From assembly GCF_050920415.1 (NCBI RefSeq), contig NZ_CP169309.1: a stretch of 64,000 nt of DNA, one strand, 5' to 3'. Positions 29,762 through 39,317 of this stretch are shown piece by piece (the stretch's first letter is position 1; each line of letters starts with the position of its first letter). The DNA comes from Escherichia coli (GTDB taxonomy: Bacteria; Pseudomonadota; Gammaproteobacteria; Enterobacterales; Enterobacteriaceae). Made by a program: the position numbers and the translations under genes. The notes beneath the pieces are model-generated. The model was given only the letters and a program-made list of their open reading frames with translations. It did not search any database and was not told where the DNA came from.

Positions 29762-30580
29762 GTGAAACGACTACAAGCATTTAAATTCCAGTTAAGACCA
29801 GGTGGTCAACAGGAGCGTGAAATGAGGCGCTTCGCAGGCGCATGTCGTTTCGTTTTCAATCGTGCTCTGGCGCTTCAGAATGAGAATCATGAGGCCGGTA
29901 ATAAATACATCCCTTACGGGAAAATGGCTTCCTGGTTGGTTGAGTGGAAAAACGCCACTGAAACGCAATGGCTTAAAGATTCGCCCTCACAGCCATTGCA
30001 ACAGTCACTGAAAGACCTTGAGCGGGCTTACAAAAACTTCTTCCAGAAGCGGGCTGCTTTTCCCCGATTCAAAAAGCGTGGACAGAATGATGCATTCCAC
30101 TACTCGCAGGGCGTTAAGCTCGATCAGGAAAACAGCCGTATTTTTCTGCCGAAACTGGGCTGGATGCGCTACCGGAATAGCCGTCAGGTCACGGGTGTTG
30201 TGAAAAATGTCACTGTCAGCCAGCCGGGGCGCAATGTCCGGGCAAAATCAGGTTTAAACCGTTCGATACTGGATCAGGGCTGGTATGAAATGCGCCGTCA
30301 GCTTGAGTACAAGCAGCTCTGGCGTGGCGGTCAGGTGCTTGCTGTTCCGCCAGCGTACACAAGCCAGCGTTGCGCGTGCTGTGGTCATACAGCGAAAGAA
30401 AATCGCCTGTCACAAAGTAAATTCAGATGCCAGGTATGTGGATATACAGCGAACGCCGATGTAAATGGCGCTCGTAACATTTTAGCGGCGGGGCACGCCG
30501 TTCTTGCCTGTGGAGAGATGGTGCAGTCAGGCCGCTCGTTGAAGCAGGAACCCACCGAAATGATTCAGGCGACAGCCTGA
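29762..30580 (+). CDS. tnpB: TnpB-like protein, short (272 aa), apparently lacking the central RuvC-I/II region
   Basis: N-terminus [13 protein letters not shown]...FPRFKKRG...[10 protein letters not shown]-terminal zinc finger CACCGH...CQVCGY and [10 protein letters not shown]; no GIDLG-type motif seen. Confidence 0.7.
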   Translation: MKRLQAFKFQLRPGGQQEREMRRFAGACRFVFNRALALQNENHEAGNKYIPYGKMASWLVEWKNATETQWLKDSPSQPLQQSLKDLERAYKNFFQKRAAFPRFKKRGQNDAFHYSQGVKLDQENSRIFLPKLGWMRYRNSRQVTGVVKNVTVSQPGRNVRAKSGLNRSILDQGWYEMRRQLEYKQLWRGGQVLAVPPAYTSQRCACCGHTAKENRLSQSKFRCQVCGYTANADVNGARNILAAGHAVLACGEMVQSGRSLKQEPTEMIQATA

Positions 30581-30620
30581 ACGTAGCAGGGATCCACGTC
30601 CTTCAGGGCGTGGAGGATGT

Positions 30621-32446
30621 GTGCGCCCAGCATGGGCGCGATCTTGGAGGTGAAAGTCCTCCCGCGAGCTGACCACAGCGAGCGAAAGGAAGTGCAACTG
30701 CGTGAGGGCGACCGGGCGTGGGGAGGAAGCACGGAATGAACCCGTGAGCCGATGAACAAGAATCGGATATGAGGCGCGATGGAGCAAGGCGAGCAGGCAC
30801 ATCACTGCGAAGCTTTCGTGGTCAAGTCGAAGTCGCGTAGATCCGGCGGTTGTGCGGGGAAGGATCGCGTTCTTACCTGGGGAGATCTCGCCTCATGCCT
30901 GAAAGGGCAACGTCGTAAGACGGAGCGAGAAGTCAGCAGAGGCCGTAGTAGTCAGGACTCCGACGAAGGGCCGAACGAGAAGGAAAGCCAGAAGATATGA
31001 CTCCTGACAGGACATTGCGTCAGAAGCCGGGGAAGCCCGGGCGCATCGTGGGCAGCGAGGGTGAAGCCCGCGCGGTCTCGTCGCGTGACGAAGCACTGTC
31101 GGCGAGTCATGACCCGGAAGGCTTGGGGCGAGCGGACCTGCTTCAACAGGTGCTCTCGCGCGAGAACATGGTCGAGGCGTGGAAACGCGTCAAGGCCAAC
31201 AAGGGAAGTGCAGGTGCTGATGGATTGACCATCGAGCAGACTGTTGAACACCTCAAGACTCGCTGGCCATACATTCGGGAAGCGCTTCTCAACGGGACAT
31301 ATCGGCCTCAGCCTGTGCGTCGCGTGGAGATTCCGAAACCGACTGGTGGCACTCGGGAATTGGGCATTCCGACAGTTACTGATAGGCTCATTCAGCAAGC
31401 GTTGCTACAAGTCCTGCAACCGTTGATCGACCCGACATTCTCGGAGTTCAGCTATGGCTTCCGGCCGGGCCGGAGCGCGCACGACGCAGTGCTACAAGCA
31501 CAGCGGTACGCGCAAGATGGATTCCGGGTGGTAGTTGATGTTGACCTTGAGAAATTCTTTGATCGGGTCAACCACGACATTCTGATGGACCGACTTGCCA
31601 GGCGAATCGCCGACAAAGCCGTACTACGGCTGATTCGGCGCTACCTGCAAGCTGGGATCATGGCGGATGGTGTGGTAATGGCGCGTGACGAGGGGACGCC
31701 GCAAGGCGGTCCACTGTCTCCGCTGTTGGCCAATGTGTTGTTGGACGAAGTAGATCGGGCGCTGCAACAGCGCGGTCATCGCTTCGCCCGGTACGCCGAC
31801 GACTGCAACGTGTACGTTCGCAGTCAGAAGGCGGGAGAACGAGTACTGCGTTGGATGCGCAAGATGTATGAGCAGTTGCATCTGCGCGTGAACGAGAAGA
31901 AAACCGAAGTGGGTCCGGTATTCGGGCGTAAGTTTCTCGGCTATTGCCTTCGGCGCTGGTCAGGAAACACCGTCAAGATTGCTGTTGCTCCGAAGGCGCT
32001 CGACACGTTCAAACGGCGTATCCGGCTCATCACCAGACGCGTTGGAGGCCAGGGCATAACCCAGATTGCCGAACAGATGCGGATATACCTTCGAGGCTGG
32101 AAGTCCTACTTCCGGCTGGCACAAACCCCGAAGATATTCAAAGATCTGGATTCGTGGATACGTCACCGACTCCGGGCTATCCAGCTGAAGCACTGGCGCA
32201 CGGGAACGACTGTCTATAATCGCCTCCGCAGTCTCGGGGCTACCCATGAGCAGGCCGCACTTATGGCAGGAGGCGCGGGGCACTGGTGGAGACACAGCGA
32301 AGCTGGGCTGAACCGTATACTTACAGTCGACTACTTTGATGCTTTAGGTTTACCTCGACTCGCATAACCTCAACTTCTCGAACCGCCCGGTGCGGACCCG
32401 CATGCCGGGTGGTGTGGCAGGGGCGCCGCCTTGTGCTGCCCCCTAT
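30621..32446 (+). mobile_element. group II intron (bacterial class C-like) with internal RT/maturase ORF
   Basis: Begins GTGCG; GC-rich structured 5' region; IEP ORF in the domain IV position; downstream 30-nt hairpin with 2-nt bulge (about 32383..32412) as domain V; ends ...CCCTAT. Confidence 0.7.
30997..32367 (+). CDS. group II intron-encoded reverse transcriptase/maturase, no endonuclease domain evident
   Basis: 456 aa; RT motifs (RRVEIPKPTGGTRELGIP, FRPGRSAHDA, YADDCNVYV) and C-terminal maturase-like region. Confidence 0.9.
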   Translation: MTPDRTLRQKPGKPGRIVGSEGEARAVSSRDEALSASHDPEGLGRADLLQQVLSRENMVEAWKRVKANKGSAGADGLTIEQTVEHLKTRWPYIREALLNGTYRPQPVRRVEIPKPTGGTRELGIPTVTDRLIQQALLQVLQPLIDPTFSEFSYGFRPGRSAHDAVLQAQRYAQDGFRVVVDVDLEKFFDRVNHDILMDRLARRIADKAVLRLIRRYLQAGIMADGVVMARDEGTPQGGPLSPLLANVLLDEVDRALQQRGHRFARYADDCNVYVRSQKAGERVLRWMRKMYEQLHLRVNEKKTEVGPVFGRKFLGYCLRRWSGNTVKIAVAPKALDTFKRRIRLITRRVGGQGITQIAEQMRIYLRGWKSYFRLAQTPKIFKDLDSWIRHRLRAIQLKHWRTGTTVYNRLRSLGATHEQAALMAGGAGHWWRHSEAGLNRILTVDYFDALGLPRLA

Positions 32447-32451
32447 GCCGA

Positions 32452-33123
32452 TCAATAAACAGGTTGAATTAACTCCGCTCCCTGGTTTTTGACATTACCT
32501 ACCGCGCGCGACACAGGGTGCCAGGTGAACTGGTTTGCTGGCACACAGCCACTGGTAGCGATTTCTGAGGCTTCTTTACCGCTAATCTCTTGCCGCATCC
32601 ATTCCCGCGCAGTTTCTGGCGACAGTACCAGCGGGCGGCGGTCATGAATATCTACCAGGCCCTGGTCTGCTGCTGCAGTGACAATTAAAAATCCTTCGGC
32701 CTCGTCACCGCGCTCAAACGGTGTGCTACCTATCGCGGCCATAAAAACAGGTTGTCCATCAGCGCGATAGATAAAATAAGGCTGTTTTTTGTCGCCTTCT
32801 TTTTTCCACTCAAACCAGCCATCGGCAAAACAGATTGCCCGACCATGTTGCCAGAGCGGTTTAAACATACGACTGGTTGCCGCAGTTTCTACGCGGGCGT
32901 TAATCAGCGGCGGTTTATCCCACCATCCGGGAGCATATCCCCAGAAAACCGGATCCAGATGAAGGTGTTCATCACGTTCACTGAGCAGAAGAACTTTGGT
33001 TCCCGGCGCGACGTTGTATCTGCCAATGGGTTCGGGATCGTAGGGAATATCGCGTTCAATATCTTCCGCGAGAAGCGCAAGGTAATCTTCACGCGTTTGG
33101 GATTGGGCAAAGCGTCCACACAT
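32452..33123 (-). CDS. yedK: SOS-response-associated peptidase (SRAP) YedK
   Basis: 223 aa starting MCGRFAQS (Cys2). Confidence 0.9.
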   Translation of the reverse strand: MCGRFAQSQTREDYLALLAEDIERDIPYDPEPIGRYNVAPGTKVLLLSERDEHLHLDPVFWGYAPGWWDKPPLINARVETAATSRMFKPLWQHGRAICFADGWFEWKKEGDKKQPYFIYRADGQPVFMAAIGSTPFERGDEAEGFLIVTAAADQGLVDIHDRRPLVLSPETAREWMRQEISGKEASEIATSGCVPANQFTWHPVSRAVGNVKNQGAELIQPVY

Positions 33124-33231
33124 AGCAACCTCCTGAGATCACCCTGAAAAGAATAGGAGAGGGGGCGGGTAAAATCTATATGATACAGAGACAACGATGT
33201 TCCCGCTGTGGGACACAGCGGGAAGGAGGGA

Positions 33232-33465
33232 TTATTTCTGAATTAAATAACGAATGGTCGGCCCGTCTTGCTGAATATCCAGCACCGTATAGCCGTGATT
33301 ACGCGCATCCAGTGGAATATTATTGATCGACTGCGGACAGTCGCTCACCACTTCCAGGATCTCACCTTTTTTTAATTGCGGCATCGCCTCAAGGGTTGCA
33401 ACTGCCGGATAAGGGCAGGGTTCACCCACCATATCAAGGCGGTAATCAGGAACGATATTTTTCAT
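33232..33465 (-). CDS. yedF: TusA-like sulfurtransferase YedF
   Basis: 77 aa with CPYP motif. Confidence 0.85.
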   Translation of the reverse strand: MKNIVPDYRLDMVGEPCPYPAVATLEAMPQLKKGEILEVVSDCPQSINNIPLDARNHGYTVLDIQQDGPTIRYLIQK

Positions 33466-34667
33466 GCGATCTCCTTAGCTGTCTGCGGTGCCGCATGGCG
33501 GAAGAAGCGTTTTTCCCAGCCGATAATCAACATCAGCGCAGCAAACAGCAGCAAATATGTCACCAGCAGGCCACCCATCGGGCCAAAGGTTTTCAGGAGG
33601 TTGATTTTGTCCCAGTCGGTGGCCAGCGCCGGAGCGAAATCATCCCAGTAATACGCCAGAATCGTTGAGCCGATCACATTGCCCAGACCGACCCACCAGT
33701 AGTGCACCTGGCCTTCTACCGCGCGGTACATCCAGCCGGTTTCGCAGCCGCCTGCCAGCACGATGCCAAATCCAAACAGCAAACCACCAATTACCGCGTT
33801 TGGTCCTGCCCACATGATTTTGGGTTCAACGCCTAACTGTACGTAACTTAAGATCCCGATGGCACTTACCGCCATACCGATAATGATTGCTTTCGCCATG
33901 TGGGTACGTCCGGTGATCCACATATCGCGGAACGCCGAAGTAAAGCAGATTTGCGCACGTTCAATCAGTAAACCAAAGCCGACGCCAAACAGCATTGCCA
34001 GCCCCAGTTTTGGTTGGTTCATCGCCGTCAGCAGCGCCCAGCCCAGCATGCCGAAAAAGACCAGCATCCCGAGACGAAAACGACGCCGCGCCTGATCCGG
34101 TTTTTGCGTCAGCGGTGAGGCGGCAGAAACTTTCTGCATTTTCACGGGAATACGGAAGATGGGCAGCAGGGTAAAGCGCGCGCCAAACCATGAACCAATG
34201 GCAGTGGCGATGGCAAAGAACCAGGCATGCAGCGAGAACTGAGGAATGCCGGTAAAGAACGCCGCCAGGTTACAGCCCATTGCCAGACGCGCGCCAAAAC
34301 CGGCGATAATGCCGCCAATGATGGCCTGCATAATGCGGATACGGCTGCGCGGCATGCGCAGTTTGACATTGTTGGCCCACAGCGCTGCAGCAAAGCAGCC
34401 GCCAAACATACCGAGGATCATCATTCCGTCGATGCGGGTTAATGGCGATCCTTCCAGATGAATAATTTTAAAATAACCCCACTCTTCAGCATGGACGCCA
34501 AACAGCTGCAAAAGCTGACCGCCCCAACGGGTAAATTCACCCGTGACTGCCCAAAAGGTGCCAGTGATGCCAAAATAGTAAGTGGAGAGAATACCCGCCG
34601 CGATGACCGCGGGGATGGGCGCCCAGAATTTAATCAACCAGGCGTGTTTGAATTGCTGCCATGACAT
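33462..34667 (-). CDS. yedE: YedE/YeeE-family membrane transporter
   Basis: 401 aa polytopic membrane protein; overlaps yedF stop. Confidence 0.85.
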   Translation of the reverse strand: MSWQQFKHAWLIKFWAPIPAVIAAGILSTYYFGITGTFWAVTGEFTRWGGQLLQLFGVHAEEWGYFKIIHLEGSPLTRIDGMMILGMFGGCFAAALWANNVKLRMPRSRIRIMQAIIGGIIAGFGARLAMGCNLAAFFTGIPQFSLHAWFFAIATAIGSWFGARFTLLPIFRIPVKMQKVSAASPLTQKPDQARRRFRLGMLVFFGMLGWALLTAMNQPKLGLAMLFGVGFGLLIERAQICFTSAFRDMWITGRTHMAKAIIIGMAVSAIGILSYVQLGVEPKIMWAGPNAVIGGLLFGFGIVLAGGCETGWMYRAVEGQVHYWWVGLGNVIGSTILAYYWDDFAPALATDWDKINLLKTFGPMGGLLVTYLLLFAALMLIIGWEKRFFRHAAPQTAKEIA

Positions 34668-34850
34668 GAATGTAGCCTCTGAACTCAGAAGGTTTGAAAC
34701 AAGAGTCGCGAATCATACATCAAACAAATTTATTTTCGGGGTAATAATTCACAAAAATAATAGTTAGATCAAATTTCTCTCTGAACCTGGAAAGGCTGGC
34801 GACATCAGGGCTTTAATGCCACAATCCTCTTTTCTTCTCATGCAGGACGA

Positions 34851-35267
34851 ATGATGAAAAAACTCGCAATTGCAGGCGCGCTCATGTTGCTGGCGGGCTG
34901 TGCCGAAGTCGAAAACTATAACAATGTCGTTAAAACCCCCGCGCCGGACTGGCTGGCGGGCTACTGGCAGACCAAAGGGCCGCAAAGTGCGCTGGTCAGT
35001 CCGGAAGCGATAGGCAGCCTGATTGTCACTAAAGAGGGCGATACCCTCGATTGCCGTCAGTGGCAGCGGGTGATTGCTGTGCCGGGTAAGTTGACATTGA
35101 TGTCTGATGATCTCACTAACGTTACCGTAAAACGTGAGCTGTACGAGGTTGAGCGTGAAGGTAACACCATTGAGTACGATGGAATGACGATGGAGCGTGT
35201 GGATCGTCCGACGGCAGAGTGTGCCGCTGCGCTGGATAAAGCGCCGTTACCGACGCCATTGCCGTAA
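34851..35267 (+). CDS. yedD: lipoprotein YedD
   Basis: 138 aa with lipobox (LLAGCAE). Confidence 0.8.
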   Translation: MMKKLAIAGALMLLAGCAEVENYNNVVKTPAPDWLAGYWQTKGPQSALVSPEAIGSLIVTKEGDTLDCRQWQRVIAVPGKLTLMSDDLTNVTVKRELYEVEREGNTIEYDGMTMERVDRPTAECAAALDKAPLPTPLP

Positions 35268-35300
35268 TGAAATCTCCCCGGCTTGCCGCCGGGGATGAAT

Positions 35301-36788
35301 TTAAATCACCTCTTCGATAACCCACACGCTGACGCTGCCGCCGTTGCAAAAGAAGGTCGCTTCGCCGTTTTCGTCGGTTACTACACTTTCTTGCCGGTTC
35401 CCCAGAAAATCACGCCAGGTTTTATTGCCGTAATTCTCTCCTAAATGAATGGTTTTTTCGCCATCATCTCCGTTCGACATGACCACCACGCAGCCGGGAT
35501 ATTCGTCGGTGCCACTGCGGCTAAAGGCAATGCAGTTCGGATGGTCGAAAAATAACGTCTGTACACCGTGGGCGAAACGCTGACGGGCGAGAATTAATTC
35601 ATCAAGTTGTTCGATTATTGGCATATCTATCGGATAGGTTTGCCCGTCACCACCGACATCTTCGTAATGTGCACCGTAGAGATCCGGATAGAACACCGAA
35701 GGAACGCCATTTTCCCGCAACAAAATTAGGGCGTACGCCAGCGGTTTAAACCACGGTTCGACCGGCGCTTCGAGGGCTTGCAACGGTTGGGTGTCGTGGT
35801 TGGCAACGAGGGTTACGGCGTGAAAAGGATCGGCTTCCACAAGCGTCCCAGTGAAAATCTGCGTCATGTCGTAGTCGCGTCCCATGCGCGATGCTTCATG
35901 GAATTTCATCTGCAGCGGCGCATCGAACAGCATGGTTTTGCCTTCCACCTGATCAATATACGTTTGCAGCTTATCAACTTCATGCGACCAGTATTCCGCC
36001 ACAATAAACAGCGGCTTTGGCGCAACTTCCTGTACGTGTTCGATCCACTCTTTATAAAACCACGCCGGAATATGTTTGACCGCATCAAGACGAAAACCGT
36101 CGCATTGCGTTTGTTCCATCACCCAGCGCGCCCAGTATTTAATCTCTTCCGTCACGGCATGATTGCGAAAATCGATATTCTCGCCCATCAGGTAATCGAA
36201 ATTACCGAGTTCATCATCAACCTGATCGTTCCAGCCTTCGCCGGTGTAGTCGTTAACAATTTTAAAAATGCCATCTTCATCAGGATTTTCGATATGGTCG
36301 ATACCGCTAAAACATTTGAAATCCCAGATAAACTGTGAGTATTGCCCGGCACGGGCGGGGAAGGTGTAACGCGTCCAGCCTTCGCATTCAATGATTTCTT
36401 CATCAATTTGCGTACGGTCGTCAGCATTAACGCGCTGCACGCGAATAGCTTCTTTTTCATCCGCGCCCATTTTGTGATTGACTACCACGTCCAGCAGCAC
36501 CGCAATGTCATTACGTTTCAGGGCGTCAATGGCGGCCAGCAGTTGTGCTTTATCGCCATATTTAGTAGGGATGCTGCCTTTCTGATCAAACTCGCCTAAA
36601 TCAAATAAATCATAGGAGTCGTAGCCGACCGAATACCCGCCCGATGCGCCTTTATAGGCGGGCGGCAACCAGACCATATTGATACCAATATCATTAAAAC
36701 CGTCGGCGCGCTCGGCCAGTTCAGGCCAGAGCTTACCGCCTTCCGGGTAATACCAGTGAAAACATTGTAACAGCGTGGGATTACGCAT
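35301..36788 (-). CDS. amyA: cytoplasmic alpha-amylase AmyA
   Basis: 495 aa, GH13 family motifs. Confidence 0.9.
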   Translation of the reverse strand: MRNPTLLQCFHWYYPEGGKLWPELAERADGFNDIGINMVWLPPAYKGASGGYSVGYDSYDLFDLGEFDQKGSIPTKYGDKAQLLAAIDALKRNDIAVLLDVVVNHKMGADEKEAIRVQRVNADDRTQIDEEIIECEGWTRYTFPARAGQYSQFIWDFKCFSGIDHIENPDEDGIFKIVNDYTGEGWNDQVDDELGNFDYLMGENIDFRNHAVTEEIKYWARWVMEQTQCDGFRLDAVKHIPAWFYKEWIEHVQEVAPKPLFIVAEYWSHEVDKLQTYIDQVEGKTMLFDAPLQMKFHEASRMGRDYDMTQIFTGTLVEADPFHAVTLVANHDTQPLQALEAPVEPWFKPLAYALILLRENGVPSVFYPDLYGAHYEDVGGDGQTYPIDMPIIEQLDELILARQRFAHGVQTLFFDHPNCIAFSRSGTDEYPGCVVVMSNGDDGEKTIHLGENYGNKTWRDFLGNRQESVVTDENGEATFFCNGGSVSVWVIEEVI

Positions 36789-36865
36789 TCTTCGACTCCA
36801 TTCAAGGGGAACATTAGAAGCGTAGCCGTAATCGGATTATTCGCGAGCCATCGGCTCGTTAAGAT

Positions 36866-37231
36866 TCAAAAGAGGTTATCCTGCGGAGCCAGCACAAAGC
36901 CGCCCTGATCGCCATAGGCACTTAACACCGATTTTTGCACTGATGACTGACCGACCAGTTTCGCCAGTTCATCCATCCGAATCTGCAATAACTGCTTTAC
37001 CCTGCTTTCGTTGTCGAGAATCAGGCGCAGCATCGGGCGGAGTTGCTCCTGCATCGTGGTGGACGGATCAATCTCTTCAGTCAGATGTGCAATCTCCTGC
37101 ACCGCATTCACATACGCCATTTCGCTGGCGATGAGTTCGTCCCATTGTTCTTCCGTTGCCAGGCGTAACATGAGCTGGCTTTTTTCGACGAGTTGTTGCC
37201 AGGCGAAATACAAATGCGGTGCATGGTTCAT
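36866..37231 (-). CDS. fliT: flagellar chaperone / FlhDC anti-activator FliT
   Basis: 121 aa; operon fliDST. Confidence 0.9.
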   Translation of the reverse strand: MNHAPHLYFAWQQLVEKSQLMLRLATEEQWDELIASEMAYVNAVQEIAHLTEEIDPSTTMQEQLRPMLRLILDNESRVKQLLQIRMDELAKLVGQSSVQKSVLSAYGDQGGFVLAPQDNLF

Positions 37232-37641
37232 CAGACTGGGTCCTGAATCAAAGAAGGGGAGAGTAAAGACTCTTTCCAGGCATCGGCAATATTGCGCATT
37301 AATGCTTCCACTTCTTCGACTGCGGAGACATCGTTGCGTAAATTGGCTTGCAGCAAGCGCCTGACCATATAGCTATAAAGAGCAATCAAGTTTTGGGTTA
37401 GTTCGTCTTTGCTCTCTTCATCAAGACTCACCTGCAGCCCGTTCTCAATGATGTTGATCGCTTTTGACAAAGAGACGCCTTTGCCTTGCTGATTGTTGTC
37501 CTGCATAAACAGGCGCGCTCTAACCAGTGCGCTCAGCACTCCATCAAATAGCATGGTGACCAGCTGCTGCTGGCTGGCGCTCATTACGGCGCTTTCGACG
37601 CCAATTTGTGCATAGGCCTGGGTGCCTTTTGCCGCGTACAT
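37231..37641 (-). CDS. fliS: flagellin-specific chaperone FliS
   Basis: 136 aa. Confidence 0.9.
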   Translation of the reverse strand: MYAAKGTQAYAQIGVESAVMSASQQQLVTMLFDGVLSALVRARLFMQDNNQQGKGVSLSKAINIIENGLQVSLDEESKDELTQNLIALYSYMVRRLLQANLRNDVSAVEEVEALMRNIADAWKESLLSPSLIQDPV

Positions 37642-37656
37642 AGTTTCTCCTGAAGA

Positions 37657-39072
37657 TTATTTCGAGTTGCTATTTGAGGTGTCGAACTGCTGTGTCAGAT
37701 AGCTACTGGTGGAGTTAAGCGAGTTCATTAACACATCTAATTGGGTGAACTGGGCTTTATAGCGCGTCATTAAGGTATCGATACGCTCACTGGCTGCGTT
37801 GTACTGGTCGGTCAAATTATTCAGCGTTTTGCTGACGCCATCTTTTGCGGCCTGGATTATCCCGGTGGAAGAGAGCCAACTGGTTAGGTTGCTACTAATG
37901 CCGGTGGTTACCCCTGTACTTTTACCGTCACCTATAAACATTTCACCGATGCCAGTGGCATCTTTTTTTAGCGCCGTTTGCAGTTTGTCGGTCGCGATTT
38001 CCAGCTTGCCGGTACTGGCATCGCTGGTAATGCCAATCTGTGCCAGCGTTTTATAGTTTGAACTGCTGTGAGTATTGGCGAGCAAGGTTTTAAGCTGAGT
38101 CTGGATGGTACGCAGTGTGGAGTCACCGAGTAATGCGCCATTGCTGGAGTCCTGACTCTCTGCTCCGGCATCGACAGCGGTGTATTTGGTTAAGCTGCTG
38201 AACGTATCCTGCAATGAGTTATAGGCATCCACCCACGCTTTAACCGCATTTTCAGCTTTGGATGTGTCTTTACTGATGGTCAGTGTCTGATTACCGGTGG
38301 TGACGTCATTCAGGTTGAGGGTGATATCTTCCAGCGCGTCGCTGATAGTGTTACTACTGTTTTCAATCTCAACGTTATTGACTGTCAGTTTGGCGTTTTG
38401 CGCAGTGACGCTTTCAATCATGCCATTGCTGCTATCACCCGACGTTCCGTTGTAACCCATAAAACTTTCCAGGGCGCTGTCGCCGCTGACGCTAAGATTC
38501 ATAGCGTTATCGCTGCCCGTATCGTTAGCGGTGATGGACAGACGATATTCGCCGTTTCCCACATTGATGATACTGGCGCTGACACCAGCTTTGGCGTTGT
38601 TAATGGCATCGCGAATGCCGGAAAGTGACGAGTTACCCGCGCTGATATCAATCGTGACCGGATCTTTACCGCCGCCTTGTTGGATGGTCAGTACGCTATC
38701 GCTGGTGGCGATGGCGGCTTTACTGTCTTTTTGACTATTTTTTGTTGTCAGCGTCTGTGCCTGCGCCAGTTGGCTAACGCTAATGGTGTATTTCCCGGCA
38801 ATCGCGCTGCCCGTGGTGGTGGCGCTGAAAGCCGATGAACTGCTGGTGGTTGAGGTGGCGGTAAATAAATCGGCTTTATTCAGTGCTGTGTTGGCTGTCT
38901 GGAAACTCTCTAGTGCACTTTTCAGCGTCCCGTAGGCGCTCAGTTTCGCGGTGTAAGAGCTTTGCTGTTTTGATATCGGCGTCAGGGTAGATTTTTCTGC
39001 CGCCTCCAGACTGTCAAGGATGCTGCTTAAGTCCAGCCCCGACCCAACCCCAAGCGTTGAAATACTAGCCAT
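37657..39072 (-). CDS. fliD: flagellar filament cap protein FliD
   Basis: 471 aa, MASISTLGVGSGLDLSSILDSL... Confidence 0.9.
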   Translation of the reverse strand: MASISTLGVGSGLDLSSILDSLEAAEKSTLTPISKQQSSYTAKLSAYGTLKSALESFQTANTALNKADLFTATSTTSSSSAFSATTTGSAIAGKYTISVSQLAQAQTLTTKNSQKDSKAAIATSDSVLTIQQGGGKDPVTIDISAGNSSLSGIRDAINNAKAGVSASIINVGNGEYRLSITANDTGSDNAMNLSVSGDSALESFMGYNGTSGDSSNGMIESVTAQNAKLTVNNVEIENSSNTISDALEDITLNLNDVTTGNQTLTISKDTSKAENAVKAWVDAYNSLQDTFSSLTKYTAVDAGAESQDSSNGALLGDSTLRTIQTQLKTLLANTHSSSNYKTLAQIGITSDASTGKLEIATDKLQTALKKDATGIGEMFIGDGKSTGVTTGISSNLTSWLSSTGIIQAAKDGVSKTLNNLTDQYNAASERIDTLMTRYKAQFTQLDVLMNSLNSTSSYLTQQFDTSNSNSK

Positions 39073-39114
39073 ATAAATTCCTTAATCATGCGACGTATAG
39101 AACGAATACCGGGG

Positions 39115-39141
39115 TTATCGGCGTAAGCGGGGCAAAGTTTA
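39115..39141 (-). promoter_or_regulatory. sigma-28 (FliA) class 3 promoter candidate for fliDST
   Basis: On the minus strand TAAACTTT-N11-GCCGATAA. Confidence 0.55.
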
Positions 39142-39214
39142 CGATTTATTTTTTGGCTTAATGACACGAACAGCAACGAGGAAGGGGAGTATTTCGACCG
39201 CTAGAAAAAAATTC

Positions 39215-39241
39215 TAAAGGTTGTGAGTGACCAGACGATAA
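39215..39241 (+). promoter_or_regulatory. sigma-28 (FliA) class 3 promoter candidate for fliC
   Basis: TAAAGGTT-N11-GACGATAA about 75 bp upstream of the fliC start. Confidence 0.6.
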
Positions 39242-39317
39242 CAGGGTTGACGGCGACGAAGCCGAAGGGTGGAAGCCCAATACTTAAACCGTAGACTTGA
39301 AAACAGGAAAATGAATC

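Larger units (their letters stand above)
29270..30620. mobile_element. IS200/IS605-family element with divergent tnpA and tnpB-like genes; ends approximate
   Basis: Y1 transposase plus TnpB-like gene; related subterminal hairpin motifs (C)CGTCCTTCAGGG(T/C)G(T)GG near 29282..29301 and 30594..30613. Confidence 0.65.

Noticed and set aside
30527-31398. Several minus-strand ORFs of 64-148 aa
   Set aside because: They fall within the GC-rich structured 5' domains of the group II intron RNA and are Arg/Pro/Ser-rich nonsense translations.
35778-36338. 186-aa plus-strand ORF
   Set aside because: Antisense inside amyA.
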